DNA from: a virus
DNA: 64,000 bases
Strand: one strand, 5' to 3'
Virus record (IMG/VR): IMGVR_UViG_3300027756_000004
The notes below the pieces were generated by a model. That model did no database searches and had not been told where the DNA came from. It was given only the letters and a program-made list of their open reading frames with translations. Position numbers and translations under genes: made by a program. The first letter of the stretch is position 1; each line of letters starts with the position of its first letter. Of the stretch, positions 36,415-48,263 are shown piece after piece.

Positions 36415-39400
36415 ATGCCAGAATTTAAAATTGAACGCATACGTTTTAGATGGAGAGGCGATTGGTCTGGCACCACTGTCTACATCAAAGATGATGTGGT
36501 TAGATTTGGTGCAAAAATTTATGTGTGTCAAATAGCTCACACTGCCAATGCACTATTTTATGTAGATTTCAATGATGTAAATCCAAAATGGGTTCAGATG
36601 TTGGATGGTCAAAGCTGGACTGGCGACTGGACTCCCAGCACAATTTACAAACTAAATGACATAGTAAAACTTGGATCCACACTGTGGATCTGTTTGGATG
36701 GGCACACTTCCAGTGCCGATCCTGCAAATGGAATTTCTGGAGTTGAAGCCAAATGGACTGTGTTTGCAGAAGGTGAGAACTGGAGAGGCAATTGGCAATC
36801 CACCACTGCATACAGCAAAGGGGACTTGGTGCGTTATGGTGCACAATCGTTCTATTGTGAAACCTATCATGTGAGTGCTTCTGTACTAGAAGGTTTAGAA
36901 TTAGATTATGTAAAATGGTCCTTGTACACCAGACATCTAGATTATAAAATTGATTGGACTCCAAATACCAGATACAAACCAGATGACATAGTCAAGTATG
37001 GTGGTACAGTGTATAGAGTCATCACAGGTCATCAGAGCGCTGTCAGCAACGCTTATGTGAATCCTAACTTCACCACCAACACTGTGGCAGGCACAGGAGC
37101 AGCTTTCACAGTGTACAGAGTTGGTGCTGTTTACTATGCACAAGTTACCAACAATGGCACAGGTTGGCTAGCATCACAACAGATCACAGTATTGGGCTCA
37201 CTATTGGGGGGCTTTGCACCAGCCAATAATCTTGTTATCACAATTTTATCTGTGGGGGCAGGTGGCACCATCAGCACTGTTTCTGTCACGGGCACTGCAC
37301 TTGCAACTGCTGACGGTTTGGAAGCAGATTTAGTAAAATATCAAACAGTCATAAGTGGCATTGAATACAAAGGCAATTATACTCAATACGTAAGATACAA
37401 AAAAAATGACATTGTGCAGTATGGTGGATCCAGTCTTTGGATATGTACAGATCCATCTGATCAAGGCGCATTTGCCAACTCCACAATATTGGATGAAAAC
37501 AAGTGGGACATTTGGTTGCCTGGTTTAGGATTTGAAGCGGCGTGGAGTGCGACCACTCGTTACCAACCTGGTGATGTGGTGATGTATGGTGGCTACAGTT
37601 ATGTGTGTAAACTGACGCATTTAAATATTTTACCCACTGTGGCACAAGACAGCAGCAGTGCTTGGAATTTATTAGTGCCTGGCTACAAACTACGAGGTGA
37701 CTGGATAGACAATGACAGCACTGCAGCCAGTTATTACAAAACTGGAGATGTGGTACGCAGTGGTGGTAATTTATACATTGCTGTGCAAGACAATGCTGGC
37801 GTGTTGCCTTTGGCTACCACTTCATATGATGTGGGCACATACTCACCAGGTCCTTGGCAATTGTTGGTCACCGGCAAACGTTGGAGAGGCCCTTGGAAAC
37901 AGATAGATAATGTGACCAATCTAGCTGGTTACTACTACCCTGGTGATGTGGTCACTGTGGCCGGCACCACTTATGCTTGTAAACTTTATCATATCAGCAC
38001 TCAATCACTTTCTAAACCTACATTGGATGTAACCTCTCCAACCACTTATTGGGACAAATTGGCTCAAGGAGCCACCACCAATGTGTTGGAACAGGTAGGA
38101 GACATCAAGACTCAAAATGCTGTGGGCACAAAAATAGCTATCAACATTGGAAGTTCTGGAGAATCATTACAGATCACAGACAGCTTGCCTGATTGGAAAA
38201 CACAAGATCAGATTGCCAAAGTTTTCTATGTGTCTGTGGAAGGTATTAATGGACTTACCCGAGGTACCACCATACAGACAGCATTTAGAACAGTAAAATA
38301 TGCCTGTGACTTTGTCAACGCTGACAAACCAGGCAGAACTCCAGCCACTATCTTTATTAAAACTGGTGTGTATGAAGAAATTTTGCCTATCAATGTGCCT
38401 TATGACACAGCATTGTGTGGAGATGAATTGAGAAGCACTATAATAATGCCAGCTGCTGGTTATGAAAGTTCTAACATGTTCCTAGTGAACAATGGATCTG
38501 GCATCAGAAACATGACCCTAAAAGGATTGTATGGCACACTGGGTGCAGCCAATCAATATTTTACTAGAAGGCCATCAGCTGGAGCATTTGTGTCATTGAA
38601 TCCAGGTAACTCTCCATCGGATAATACAGCATGGATTGTTAACAAGTCACCTTACATACAGAACGTCAGCACCTTTGGTGATGGTTGTGTAGGTATGAAA
38701 GTGGACGGAGATCTACACGCTGGAGGAAATAAATCCATAGTGGCCAACGACTTCACACAAATTATTTCCAACGGCATAGGATTTTGGGTCAAAGGTGAAG
38801 GTAAATCAGAGTTGGTTTCAGTATTCACTTACTATTGCCACATAGGTTATCTAGCTGAAAATGGTGGCAAGGTTCGCGCTACCAATGGCAACAATTCTTA
38901 TGGAACTTATGGTTCTGTGGCAGAAGGAGTGTCACAAGTGGAAGTGCCTATCACAGCAGCAGTAGATAATCAAACAGGTGAAGCATTGATAAATTCTGTG
39001 TACAATGATGAAAATCAAATATTTTGTTTTGGATATTCACACACAGGCCAAGACTATACTTCGGCCACAATATCCATCACTGGTTCAGGTGCAGGAGCAG
39101 CTGCCTACATAGGTTATGAAAATACTAGATATCAATCAATCAGTGAAGTGAGACTGACTGATCCTTTTGATAGCGGAATCACTGGTGGTATTGCTTATAC
39201 TTCATTCACAGGCAACACCAGAGGTGGCAATAGCACTTCATTTTTGTTGGCCAATCAATATGAACCAGACTATGAAAAAAATGTCACAGCTTCTCTGGGC
39301 AATCCAGTAAACACTCTCACAGTGCAGAATATAATTGGTATGAAAGTGGGAGATCAGATTATTTTTCCAGGTGTTATGTTTGGAGGCGTCACTGCTGATA

Positions 39401-41790
39401 CTGTGTACTATGTGCATTCTTTAGTGTCGGCCAACACCATTAAAATCAGCAACACGGCTGGTGGAGCTGTGAAAGTTTTGACCACTGCTACTGGTGCATC
39501 TTATCTTGTATCAGCAGAAATAGTGGGTCAACGTGTGCAAATTTTAGAAGGTGTAGGCAGAGGACAATTTGGAGTGGTTGCATATTATGATCACGCACTT
39601 AAACAAATAGATATAAAAAGACAATTTGATGGATTGCCTGGATTTGAACATTTATTAGGTGGATTGGCCATTGAGCCTCTGTTGGATGAATCAACCAAAT
39701 ACAGCATTGAACCATTGATCAATTTTTCAGATCCCACATATTCTGCCACTAACGTAGTATTGCCCATCAGTGCTGCTTGGTCAGTGGTAGGGTCAGCTAG
39801 ACTGCTGGGTCAGAATGTCACGGTAGTTTTAAGTGCATCAGGAGGATATTACACCATCAATGGCACCAGCTGGTCAGCATGCTCAGGATTGGCGCCTGTA
39901 AATTATCTTTACACTGCACGCAGCAGCACAACATTATTGGCTGTGTCCAACAACGCAATATCAGGCACCACTGATGGAATCAGTTGGACAGGATTGACTA
40001 ATCCAGGTGGTGTTGGTAGTTTTACCAGCATTGCTTGTGAACAGGACGTGTTTATAATCACCACTAATCAAGGATTTATTTGTAGATCTATTGACGCTGG
40101 TCAGTCTTGGACCACAGCACAGATAGCCAGTTATGATGGATCAACTCCAGCACTGACTCATTCAGCTGGAGGATCAGGCCTATTCATTGTGTGTGATGAC
40201 ATGGGACAAACCTATGAAAGTTCCAATCTAGGAGCCACTTGGAATCCAGGACCTGACATTGGCAGCGTAGGAATAAATGTGCAGGACATTGTGTATGGCA
40301 ATAATAGATTTGTGGCAGCCTGCAATGATAATCCTAATGACTCCAGCACGCTGAGCAATAGATTTTATTACACATTGGCCAATCAAGCCACTGTGATAGC
40401 ATCTACCCCCACTGTGTGGCAACCTAGTGAATTACCGCCAGAAGCAGATCAATACACAATCAGTTATAGTCAAGGATGTTTTGTGGCAGTGACCGAATCA
40501 GGAGATCTAGCAGAAAGTATAGATGGCAAACATTGGAAAACATTGGGCACTCAGTTGACTGGTATTGCAGGAGATTATGTAAAGATTGCTGGTGGGTCAG
40601 TAAATGGTCCTTGTTTTATTCCTTTGACAGATGTTGCAGGAAACACAATTAAATTGATTAGATACGGTGCAAGGGCATTGGGAAGAGCAAGAGTGAATGG
40701 CGGAAGATTGAGTATTATAGAATTAATTGAACCAGGCAGTGGGTATTCTCAAACTCCTGTAATGACAATAGTTGATAATAACAATACCATAGAAGCTTTG
40801 TTCACAGTGCGCACCAACAATGGCACATTAAGTCAACCTACTTTTACTAACAGAGGCACAGGATTCTTAAACGTAGCAGCCACGGTGTCAGGAAATGGAT
40901 TAGCAGATAAATTTCAAACAGGAAAATTTTTAAGAATTAAAAACTTAACTAGATTACCTAGTCCAGGTGATAACGTGTCATTTGCGAGTATTCCAGGAGT
41001 AATTTTTAAACTGGGTAACTTCGTAACGATAGGTGGAGTAGAGCCCAGCATTTATGGCACATTGAGAATAGGTCCAGGAGTGGATGCATTTTCGGCACCG
41101 CCGCACAATAATGTGATTACAATCAGACAGAACTACAGTCAAGTAAGATTAACAGGACATGACTTTTTAGACATTGGTACTGGTGGCAGAGTGACCACCA
41201 ACTATCCACAAATATATTCACAAGGTTTCACAGCAGGTTATGAACCACAACCATTCAATGAAGTGGTTGAAGCAGGTGGAGGACGTGTGTTCTATACCAG
41301 CACTGACCAAAATGGTAACTTTAGAGTGGGAGAACAGTTCAAAGTGGAACAGTCCAGTGGTATTGTGACTTTGGCTGCAGACTTTTTCCAATTGGAAGGA
41401 CTGACTGAACTAGCATTGGGTGGTGTGGTATTGGGTGGATCTGGAGCAGTGATCCGTGAATTCAGCACTGACCAAACCATGGCTGCCAACAGTGACAACA
41501 TAGTGCCCACACAAAGAGCATTTATAGCTTATCTACAAAGTAGAATTCAAGGTGGTGGATCTGTGTTGAACGTGTCCAGTTTAAGAGCAGGAGCTATTCA
41601 GATACAAAACACCAACATATTGAATGTGGGTGGAGAAACCATTAATATTGAAGTCACAGCAAATATTAAAGGTGGAGTAAAAGGATCGCCTTTAGCGCTG
41701 AGTTATTTCTTGGGTGGTGTAGCATCCACAGCTCTAGATGAAGGCGATGCTGTCAGCGTATTTGATGCAAGCAATGGATATGGTAGTTAG
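36415..41790 (+). CDS. Giant virion structural protein (1791 aa) with CBM5/12-like repeats, beta-helix and BNR-like repeats
   Basis: Repeated W.G.W...T.Y...D.V.YGG..Y.C...H.S units; IFIKTGVYEE.LP; S.D.G.SW repeats; paralog of 41827. Confidence 0.8.
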   Translation: MPEFKIERIRFRWRGDWSGTTVYIKDDVVRFGAKIYVCQIAHTANALFYVDFNDVNPKWVQMLDGQSWTGDWTPSTIYKLNDIVKLGSTLWICLDGHTSSADPANGISGVEAKWTVFAEGENWRGNWQSTTAYSKGDLVRYGAQSFYCETYHVSASVLEGLELDYVKWSLYTRHLDYKIDWTPNTRYKPDDIVKYGGTVYRVITGHQSAVSNAYVNPNFTTNTVAGTGAAFTVYRVGAVYYAQVTNNGTGWLASQQITVLGSLLGGFAPANNLVITILSVGAGGTISTVSVTGTALATADGLEADLVKYQTVISGIEYKGNYTQYVRYKKNDIVQYGGSSLWICTDPSDQGAFANSTILDENKWDIWLPGLGFEAAWSATTRYQPGDVVMYGGYSYVCKLTHLNILPTVAQDSSSAWNLLVPGYKLRGDWIDNDSTAASYYKTGDVVRSGGNLYIAVQDNAGVLPLATTSYDVGTYSPGPWQLLVTGKRWRGPWKQIDNVTNLAGYYYPGDVVTVAGTTYACKLYHISTQSLSKPTLDVTSPTTYWDKLAQGATTNVLEQVGDIKTQNAVGTKIAINIGSSGESLQITDSLPDWKTQDQIAKVFYVSVEGINGLTRGTTIQTAFRTVKYACDFVNADKPGRTPATIFIKTGVYEEILPINVPYDTALCGDELRSTIIMPAAGYESSNMFLVNNGSGIRNMTLKGLYGTLGAANQYFTRRPSAGAFVSLNPGNSPSDNTAWIVNKSPYIQNVSTFGDGCVGMKVDGDLHAGGNKSIVANDFTQIISNGIGFWVKGEGKSELVSVFTYYCHIGYLAENGGKVRATNGNNSYGTYGSVAEGVSQVEVPITAAVDNQTGEALINSVYNDENQIFCFGYSHTGQDYTSATISITGSGAGAAAYIGYENTRYQSISEVRLTDPFDSGITGGIAYTSFTGNTRGGNSTSFLLANQYEPDYEKNVTASLGNPVNTLTVQNIIGMKVGDQIIFPGVMFGGVTADTVYYVHSLVSANTIKISNTAGGAVKVLTTATGASYLVSAEIVGQRVQILEGVGRGQFGVVAYYDHALKQIDIKRQFDGLPGFEHLLGGLAIEPLLDESTKYSIEPLINFSDPTYSATNVVLPISAAWSVVGSARLLGQNVTVVLSASGGYYTINGTSWSACSGLAPVNYLYTARSSTTLLAVSNNAISGTTDGISWTGLTNPGGVGSFTSIACEQDVFIITTNQGFICRSIDAGQSWTTAQIASYDGSTPALTHSAGGSGLFIVCDDMGQTYESSNLGATWNPGPDIGSVGINVQDIVYGNNRFVAACNDNPNDSSTLSNRFYYTLANQATVIASTPTVWQPSELPPEADQYTISYSQGCFVAVTESGDLAESIDGKHWKTLGTQLTGIAGDYVKIAGGSVNGPCFIPLTDVAGNTIKLIRYGARALGRARVNGGRLSIIELIEPGSGYSQTPVMTIVDNNNTIEALFTVRTNNGTLSQPTFTNRGTGFLNVAATVSGNGLADKFQTGKFLRIKNLTRLPSPGDNVSFASIPGVIFKLGNFVTIGGVEPSIYGTLRIGPGVDAFSAPPHNNVITIRQNYSQVRLTGHDFLDIGTGGRVTTNYPQIYSQGFTAGYEPQPFNEVVEAGGGRVFYTSTDQNGNFRVGEQFKVEQSSGIVTLAADFFQLEGLTELALGGVVLGGSGAVIREFSTDQTMAANSDNIVPTQRAFIAYLQSRIQGGGSVLNVSSLRAGAIQIQNTNILNVGGETINIEVTANIKGGVKGSPLALSYFLGGVASTALDEGDAVSVFDASNGYGS

Positions 41791-41826
41791 TATGATAAAT
41801 AACAACATAACAGGGAATTCATAAAA

Positions 41827-44800
41827 ATGGCTGAGTTTAAATTAGGTAGGATTAGGTTTATTTGGAAGGGAGCCTGGATCACTTCAGTAACCTATTTCAT
41901 CGATGACGTAATTAGATACGGTGGTCGTACCTATATTTGTGTGGTGGGACACACCAGCGGAGTATTCCAAACAAATTTAACTGCTGGCTATTGGAACCTG
42001 ATGAGTGATGGTCAGGAATGGAAAAACGATTGGTCATTAAACACCACATACAAACCCAATGACATTGTAAAATATGGCGGATATTTGTACATTGCCAACC
42101 AAGGACACACATCAGCAGCCACCCTTGCACTAGGACTGGAAGCAGATCAAGCCAAATGGGATTTATTTTCAGAAGGATTTGATTACAAATCAGATTGGAC
42201 AGTTCTTACTAGATACAAAGTAAACGACTTAGTCAAGTATGGAGCCTACATCTACACCTGTATCACTGCACACACATCTGCTGCTAGTGCTGCATTAGGT
42301 TTAGAAAATAACATTGCCAACTGGGAAGTGTTCTCCAAAGGATTCAATTGGTTGAATGCTTGGACCGCTCTTACTAGATATAAATTAGGAGATGTGGTAA
42401 GATATGGTGGACAACTGTACACTTGTAATCTTGGTCACACTTCAAATGTATCTGCCACTACATTGGGTGGTGGACTGGAAGCAGATCAAGCCAAATGGGA
42501 TTATCTACACAAAGGTATAGAATACAAAACAGATTGGACTATCAACACCAGATACAAAATTAATGATGTGGTCAAGTGGGGACCAAGCCTTTGGATCTGT
42601 ACCACTTTCCACGTGTCTAGCGGCACCACACTCACAGCAGATCAGGCCAACTGGGCTGTGTTTGTACCAGGATTAGAATTTGAAGATTCATGGAGTTCAG
42701 CCACAAATTATCAAATAGGAGACTTTGTGACCTACGGAGGTTACGGATATGTGGCCAAGACCAACAGTATTAATAAAAATCCCAGCACTTTTGTAACTGT
42801 TGATTGGGATTTATTTGTCACAGGATTCCGTTTGATTGGAGATTACTCTGCTGGCACTGCATACAAAACTGGCGACGTAGCACGTTTGGGTGGCTTCACT
42901 TATATTTGTATTCTAGACAGCATTGGCAACAGACCACCCAATGTCACTTATTGGAGCAAACTCAATGAAGGAATCTATTGGAAAGGCAACTGGGCCAATA
43001 GCACATTGTATGACAAAGGTGATGTGGTGCGAGGTATCATCAACGCCAACAACACATACATTTGTATATTAGGACATACTTCCAACAACGTGGGACCTGC
43101 CATAATTACTCAACCTGATTATGCACCAGGAGCAGGAGTGGACACAGGCACCTACTGGCAATTATTATCAGGAGGTGCAGAAAGCTCAGCACTTACCACA
43201 CAGGGAGATTTATTATTGTATGGCCCGTCAGGTCCAACAAGATTGCCAATTGGACTTTCAGGTCAAACATTATTAGTGAATTCTGCAGGCACATTGCCTG
43301 AGTGGGGTTACTTTGGAAAAATTAACAACGTATGGTATGTGGCTCTTTCAGGTGTGGACGCACCAGCTCCAGACTATGGTGCCACATTGAATCAACCTTG
43401 GAAAACCATTCAGTATTGTCTTAAAGAGATAGACAAAGGACCGTTGTATCCTAACGCAAAAAATTTATTATTGAGAAACAAAGCATTTGTGCAAAGAGAA
43501 ACCGTGGCTTATATCAATGCCACATACACAACCACTTGTAGCAATACCACCACAAGCACTAATCTAATCACTTGTGCCAGCACTGCAAATTTAAGAGTGG
43601 GCATGAGAGTTGAATTTACTGGCACCACATTTGGTGGCATCAACATTTCAACAGAATATTATATCATAACAAAAACTTCTACTAATATCTCAGTGAGTTT
43701 GACTGCGTCAGGCTCTGCAGTCGCACTTTCAACTGCAGCAGGAACAATGACAGTGAAATTAAAATATGATCAAACCAAATGTTTGAGAGACATAGGTCAA
43801 ATTATTGACGCTGTGATTTTTGATCTAGGTCATGGTGGCAACGAAAAAAGCAGATTGGCTGCAATTTCCTACTACACTGGCAGTGGATCTTATGTGTATG
43901 GACAAGAAGTAGAAACCAGTGCTGCAATCACATTTGCCAAAACAGTGATTGATGCTGCCATATCTAATGACAACGCTTATGTAGAATTACAAGCGACTGT
44001 GCCTCAAGTGATTGACGCTACTAAAATAGAAGAACCAGAAGCATTTGGCATCATTACCACATTGATGAACATTGTGATTGATAGCATCACAGCTGGTGAC
44101 ATTGATGATGTGCCAGCAGAAAGAATTGCCAACAACACCGTATTTGTAAAAACTGGAACATTTTTTGAAGTGCTGCCCTTATATGTGCGTGAAAGCACAG
44201 CTATTGTGGGAGATGAATTAAGAAGCACCAATATCAGACCTGCACCCAGTTATGTGGACGTACAAGACGTGCCATATTCATTGACAGGCATTGATAGATT
44301 AAAAAATATAATTGATGACATCATTACCAACACAGCGATCACACCTACGCCTGCAGGTTATATTAGAGTTGTCTCAACTCCAGCATTAGATGCACTTAGA
44401 ACAGCAGGCACTTACACAGCAGTGGCTGTCACAGGTGGTGCAGGATCCAGCGCAACTTTTAACGCCACAGTAGCAGCTGGAGGAGCGATCACATCATTCA
44501 CTATTAATAATGCAGGATCAGGTTACGCCGCAGGCAACACCCTGACCATAGCCTCAGGTTTGTTGGGAGCTTCCAGTTTAGCTACCACATTCACAGTGAC
44601 CACCATAGGTGCAGGCACCGTGGCACAGGCAGGAGCACAAAATACCAACCTTCCAGCAGGATCCAACGCAGCAGCCACTTCAGCAGTGGCCATTGTGGAT
44701 GACATTTATGATTATATTGGTTACAACGTATTGGATGACAGCACCACTTATTCTAATCCTGTGATGTCAGGTTCTAATTTACCCAACACTGCAATAGGTT

Positions 44801-47800
44801 ACACAGATGCTGTGTTGAGACTGATTGAAAACAAAGAATACATAGCCACAGAAATAGTAGAATACAGTAAAAAAACCAATGCTTCCAGTGCATTCTACAC
44901 TTATTTCACAGCAGCCAATGAAGCGTCTTGCAAAAGAGATATAAGAGAATATGTGGATGCTGTATGTCATGATTTAATTTACACCGGCAATTGGAAATCA
45001 TTGATAGCTGCCAAATATTACGAAACTGCTGTGTCAGGCAGTGTCACTTCCAACATGTTCTTAATGAGAAACGGCACAGGATTAAGAAACTGCACCCTGC
45101 AAGGATTGGCAGGCACATTATCTGCGCCCAACGGCTATGGCACTCAAAGACCCACAGCAGGAGCTTATGTATCATTGGATGCAGGTTGGGGACCAGCACA
45201 TGAAGATATGTGGATCACTAACAAATCACCCTATGTGCAAAACGTATCCACATTCGGCTCAGGTTGCGTGGGATTAAAAGTGGATGGTGCATTACACAAC
45301 GGTGGAAACGATTCCGTAGTGGCCAACGACTTTACACAAATTTTATCAGACGGTATTGGATTCTGGGTGACCAACTTGGGCAGATCAGAATTAGTATCAG
45401 TGTTTTCATATTACAATCACATTGGCTATTTGGCTGAAAATGGCGGAAAAGTAAGAGCCACCAATGGTAACAATTCTTATGGTAAATTCGGATCAGTGTC
45501 TGAAGGTGGAGATGTCACTGAAACACCAATCACTTGTACTGTGGACAACAAGAGCACAGACGCTACCATAGGTAATACTTTCACAGATGGTAATAGAATA
45601 TTAGCAATGGAATACACCAATGCTGGTACCAACTACACCACAGCAGCAGTGCATACAATATCTGGAGATGGATTTGGCATCACAGGCACCACTGCTACCA
45701 TACGCAATGGTGGTGTGTATGAAATAAGATTGAATGAAACTGTCACATCACCTGAAAGCAACTATGGTGGTGACGGATACAGTTCTTCTGCCAACGTGGC
45801 ACAGAACGGCACAGACAAAACTGTAACAATTTCCAACACTGACACAGCATTGGCTGCTGAGTTAACAGGTTTAGCCATATGGTTGATTTCAGGATTAGGT
45901 GCAGGGCAATATGCATACATTGTGGGATTCAATGCAGGTTCAAAAGCTACCAAAGTGGCCAGACCTTCATTCCCCAGCATGACAGTCACAGCTGCCACTG
46001 CTTCCAATGATAGATTCACCACTGCCAGCACCAGCAACTTAGATTTGAACATGCCTTTGATGTTCAGTGGCACAGCATTTGGCGGAGTAACCACCACAGC
46101 CACCAACCCAACCATTTATTATGTGAAAACTATTTCTTCAGCCACACAATTCACCATCAGCACCACACCAGGTGGCACTGCGTTTGATATCACAGCAGAT
46201 GCCGCAGGCACCATGTATGTACACAAGGCAGGATGGGATCATTTGGTGAACACCACTTGTACCAACACCACAGTAACCACAGATGTAATCACTTGTGCAT
46301 CCACTTCAGCATTGTACGTGGGCGCAGCAGTGCAGTTTGATGGACCAACATTTGGTGGCATCAGCACATACACTCAATACTATGTGAAAGCTGTTTCCTC
46401 TGCCACACAATTCACCATCAGTACCACCTTAGGTGGTGCAGCAGTCACACTTTCAACTGCTTCAGGCACCATGAGTGTGAGAGTAGTGGAAGCTACATTG
46501 GATGGCACTACCCAATATGAATATGTGCCGCGCATCATAGTGAGCGCTCCTGCATCAGGAGTCACGACAATTGCGAGAGCAGTGGTCACCACTGAAAAAA
46601 TATCATCTATAAGAATTATTGAGCCAGGATCAGGACACGTAACCACTCCCACAGTGACCATTGTGGATCCCAGCAACACTGTGGAAGCACCAGTGCAAGT
46701 GTTCTATGGAGATGGCGCTTTGGGTCAACCAACATTTACCAACCGAGGAACAGCCTACCTCACAGCAATAACCACTGTGACAGAAACAGGAGTGGTACGC
46801 ACTGTGAACGGCATCACCAACGCTAATCCAGGTGTGGTGACCACCAGTGCTGCTCATGGTTACGCAGATGGAACCAAAGTTATTTTTGCCAATGTGGCAG
46901 GTATATTCCAAATCAATAGTGGCACATGGTTTTACACTAAATCACTCACTGGAACCACATTCCAATTGTATGTGGATGAGGCTTTAACTGTGGGATTGAA
47001 TACCACCAGCTTTGGCACGTACATAGCTTCAGCAGGCACAGTGACAGCATTTGGTGGATTTAGAAACAGTTTACAAAGCGGCAGTTTCATTCAAGTGCAA
47101 GGATTAACACAAATTCCTCAAGCAGGTTCCAATGTGGAGTTTGCATCCATCGCAGGCGAATGGTACAAATTGGTTACTGTGCAAAATCTTTTAGGCACAC
47201 AATATCCATTCACAGCATTGTTACAAGTGAGTCCACAAATAGGAGTAGGAGAAGCTCCACCACATGGAACTGTTATCACAATTAAAATTAGATATTCACA
47301 AATTAGATTGACTGGTCATGATTTCTTAGACATTGGCACTGGTGGTTTTGTTTCAACCAATTATCCTGGCATACCTTTACAAGCAGCTAATGGTGACAAC
47401 GAAACTGTGGAGAATGGTGGAGGCAGAGTATTTTTTACCAGCACAGATCAAGATGGTAATTTTAGAGTAGGTGATTTATTCTCCGTGGAACAAAGCACAG
47501 GTATTGCCACATTGAATGCAGATGCATTCAACATTTCAGGATTACAAGAACTTCAGTTGGGTGAATTAGTATTGGGAGGCACCAGTGCTTCCATCAACGA
47601 ATTCTCCACAGACGGTACAATGGCAGCTGACAGTGACCAAATCGTGCCCACTCAGAGAGCGATTAGAACATATATATCTAGTCAGATCGGTGGTGGAGCC
47701 AGCAGTTTGAATGTGAACCAGATTACTGCAGGTTTGATCACAATATTCAGCAATACCATTGAGACCACCACTGGAGTGACAATAAACTTTGATTCCCCTG

Positions 47801-47862
47801 TGAATTTCACAAAAGGGATAAAAGGAACACCCGTAGCATTGGGGTATTTCTTACAAGGATAA
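41827..47862 (+). CDS. Giant virion structural protein (2011 aa) with CBM5/12-like repeats and beta-helix
   Basis: MAEFKLGRIRF.WKG.W N-terminus and YSQIRLTGHDFLDIGTG..GGRVFFTSTDQDGNFRVG C-terminus shared with 36415; ATAAATA at 41795-41801. Confidence 0.8.
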   Translation: MAEFKLGRIRFIWKGAWITSVTYFIDDVIRYGGRTYICVVGHTSGVFQTNLTAGYWNLMSDGQEWKNDWSLNTTYKPNDIVKYGGYLYIANQGHTSAATLALGLEADQAKWDLFSEGFDYKSDWTVLTRYKVNDLVKYGAYIYTCITAHTSAASAALGLENNIANWEVFSKGFNWLNAWTALTRYKLGDVVRYGGQLYTCNLGHTSNVSATTLGGGLEADQAKWDYLHKGIEYKTDWTINTRYKINDVVKWGPSLWICTTFHVSSGTTLTADQANWAVFVPGLEFEDSWSSATNYQIGDFVTYGGYGYVAKTNSINKNPSTFVTVDWDLFVTGFRLIGDYSAGTAYKTGDVARLGGFTYICILDSIGNRPPNVTYWSKLNEGIYWKGNWANSTLYDKGDVVRGIINANNTYICILGHTSNNVGPAIITQPDYAPGAGVDTGTYWQLLSGGAESSALTTQGDLLLYGPSGPTRLPIGLSGQTLLVNSAGTLPEWGYFGKINNVWYVALSGVDAPAPDYGATLNQPWKTIQYCLKEIDKGPLYPNAKNLLLRNKAFVQRETVAYINATYTTTCSNTTTSTNLITCASTANLRVGMRVEFTGTTFGGINISTEYYIITKTSTNISVSLTASGSAVALSTAAGTMTVKLKYDQTKCLRDIGQIIDAVIFDLGHGGNEKSRLAAISYYTGSGSYVYGQEVETSAAITFAKTVIDAAISNDNAYVELQATVPQVIDATKIEEPEAFGIITTLMNIVIDSITAGDIDDVPAERIANNTVFVKTGTFFEVLPLYVRESTAIVGDELRSTNIRPAPSYVDVQDVPYSLTGIDRLKNIIDDIITNTAITPTPAGYIRVVSTPALDALRTAGTYTAVAVTGGAGSSATFNATVAAGGAITSFTINNAGSGYAAGNTLTIASGLLGASSLATTFTVTTIGAGTVAQAGAQNTNLPAGSNAAATSAVAIVDDIYDYIGYNVLDDSTTYSNPVMSGSNLPNTAIGYTDAVLRLIENKEYIATEIVEYSKKTNASSAFYTYFTAANEASCKRDIREYVDAVCHDLIYTGNWKSLIAAKYYETAVSGSVTSNMFLMRNGTGLRNCTLQGLAGTLSAPNGYGTQRPTAGAYVSLDAGWGPAHEDMWITNKSPYVQNVSTFGSGCVGLKVDGALHNGGNDSVVANDFTQILSDGIGFWVTNLGRSELVSVFSYYNHIGYLAENGGKVRATNGNNSYGKFGSVSEGGDVTETPITCTVDNKSTDATIGNTFTDGNRILAMEYTNAGTNYTTAAVHTISGDGFGITGTTATIRNGGVYEIRLNETVTSPESNYGGDGYSSSANVAQNGTDKTVTISNTDTALAAELTGLAIWLISGLGAGQYAYIVGFNAGSKATKVARPSFPSMTVTAATASNDRFTTASTSNLDLNMPLMFSGTAFGGVTTTATNPTIYYVKTISSATQFTISTTPGGTAFDITADAAGTMYVHKAGWDHLVNTTCTNTTVTTDVITCASTSALYVGAAVQFDGPTFGGISTYTQYYVKAVSSATQFTISTTLGGAAVTLSTASGTMSVRVVEATLDGTTQYEYVPRIIVSAPASGVTTIARAVVTTEKISSIRIIEPGSGHVTTPTVTIVDPSNTVEAPVQVFYGDGALGQPTFTNRGTAYLTAITTVTETGVVRTVNGITNANPGVVTTSAAHGYADGTKVIFANVAGIFQINSGTWFYTKSLTGTTFQLYVDEALTVGLNTTSFGTYIASAGTVTAFGGFRNSLQSGSFIQVQGLTQIPQAGSNVEFASIAGEWYKLVTVQNLLGTQYPFTALLQVSPQIGVGEAPPHGTVITIKIRYSQIRLTGHDFLDIGTGGFVSTNYPGIPLQAANGDNETVENGGGRVFFTSTDQDGNFRVGDLFSVEQSTGIATLNADAFNISGLQELQLGELVLGGTSASINEFSTDGTMAADSDQIVPTQRAIRTYISSQIGGGASSLNVNQITAGLITIFSNTIETTTGVTINFDSPVNFTKGIKGTPVALGYFLQG

Positions 47863-47890
47863 CTAGAGTACAACAAAAGGAGAACAGTAA

Positions 47891-48217
47891 ATGGCAACAG
47901 GAAGATTGGGAGCAGCGAACTTAGGAGCTGCTGCTTTGAACACAGTGTACCTTTGTCCAGCTGATACGTTTGCAGTGGTTGCTGTGAACTTCCTAAATCG
48001 AGGCAATCAGGCTCAGACCTTTAGATTGGCTGTGGCTACGACAGACACACCAAACGCAAACGGATCTGAATGGATTGAGTACGATGTGGAAGTGCTATCC
48101 AAAGGAGTGCTGGAAAGAACCGGCTTAGTTTTGGCAGCATCACAGAGATTAGTGGCATACGCATCAGGGGGCAACGCTAGTGTGGTGGTTTACGGCATTG
48201 AAACATCAACGCTGTAA
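47891..48217 (+). CDS. Small virion protein (paralog family)
   Basis: MATGRLG..., VY.CP, V.VN..NR, IEYD..., LERTGLVL, VVVYGIE; AGGAG RBS. Confidence 0.7.
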   Translation: MATGRLGAANLGAAALNTVYLCPADTFAVVAVNFLNRGNQAQTFRLAVATTDTPNANGSEWIEYDVEVLSKGVLERTGLVLAASQRLVAYASGGNASVVVYGIETSTL

Positions 48218-48263
48218 TATTACATACAATAGCATAAATACAAGCAAACAAAAGGACTAAAAC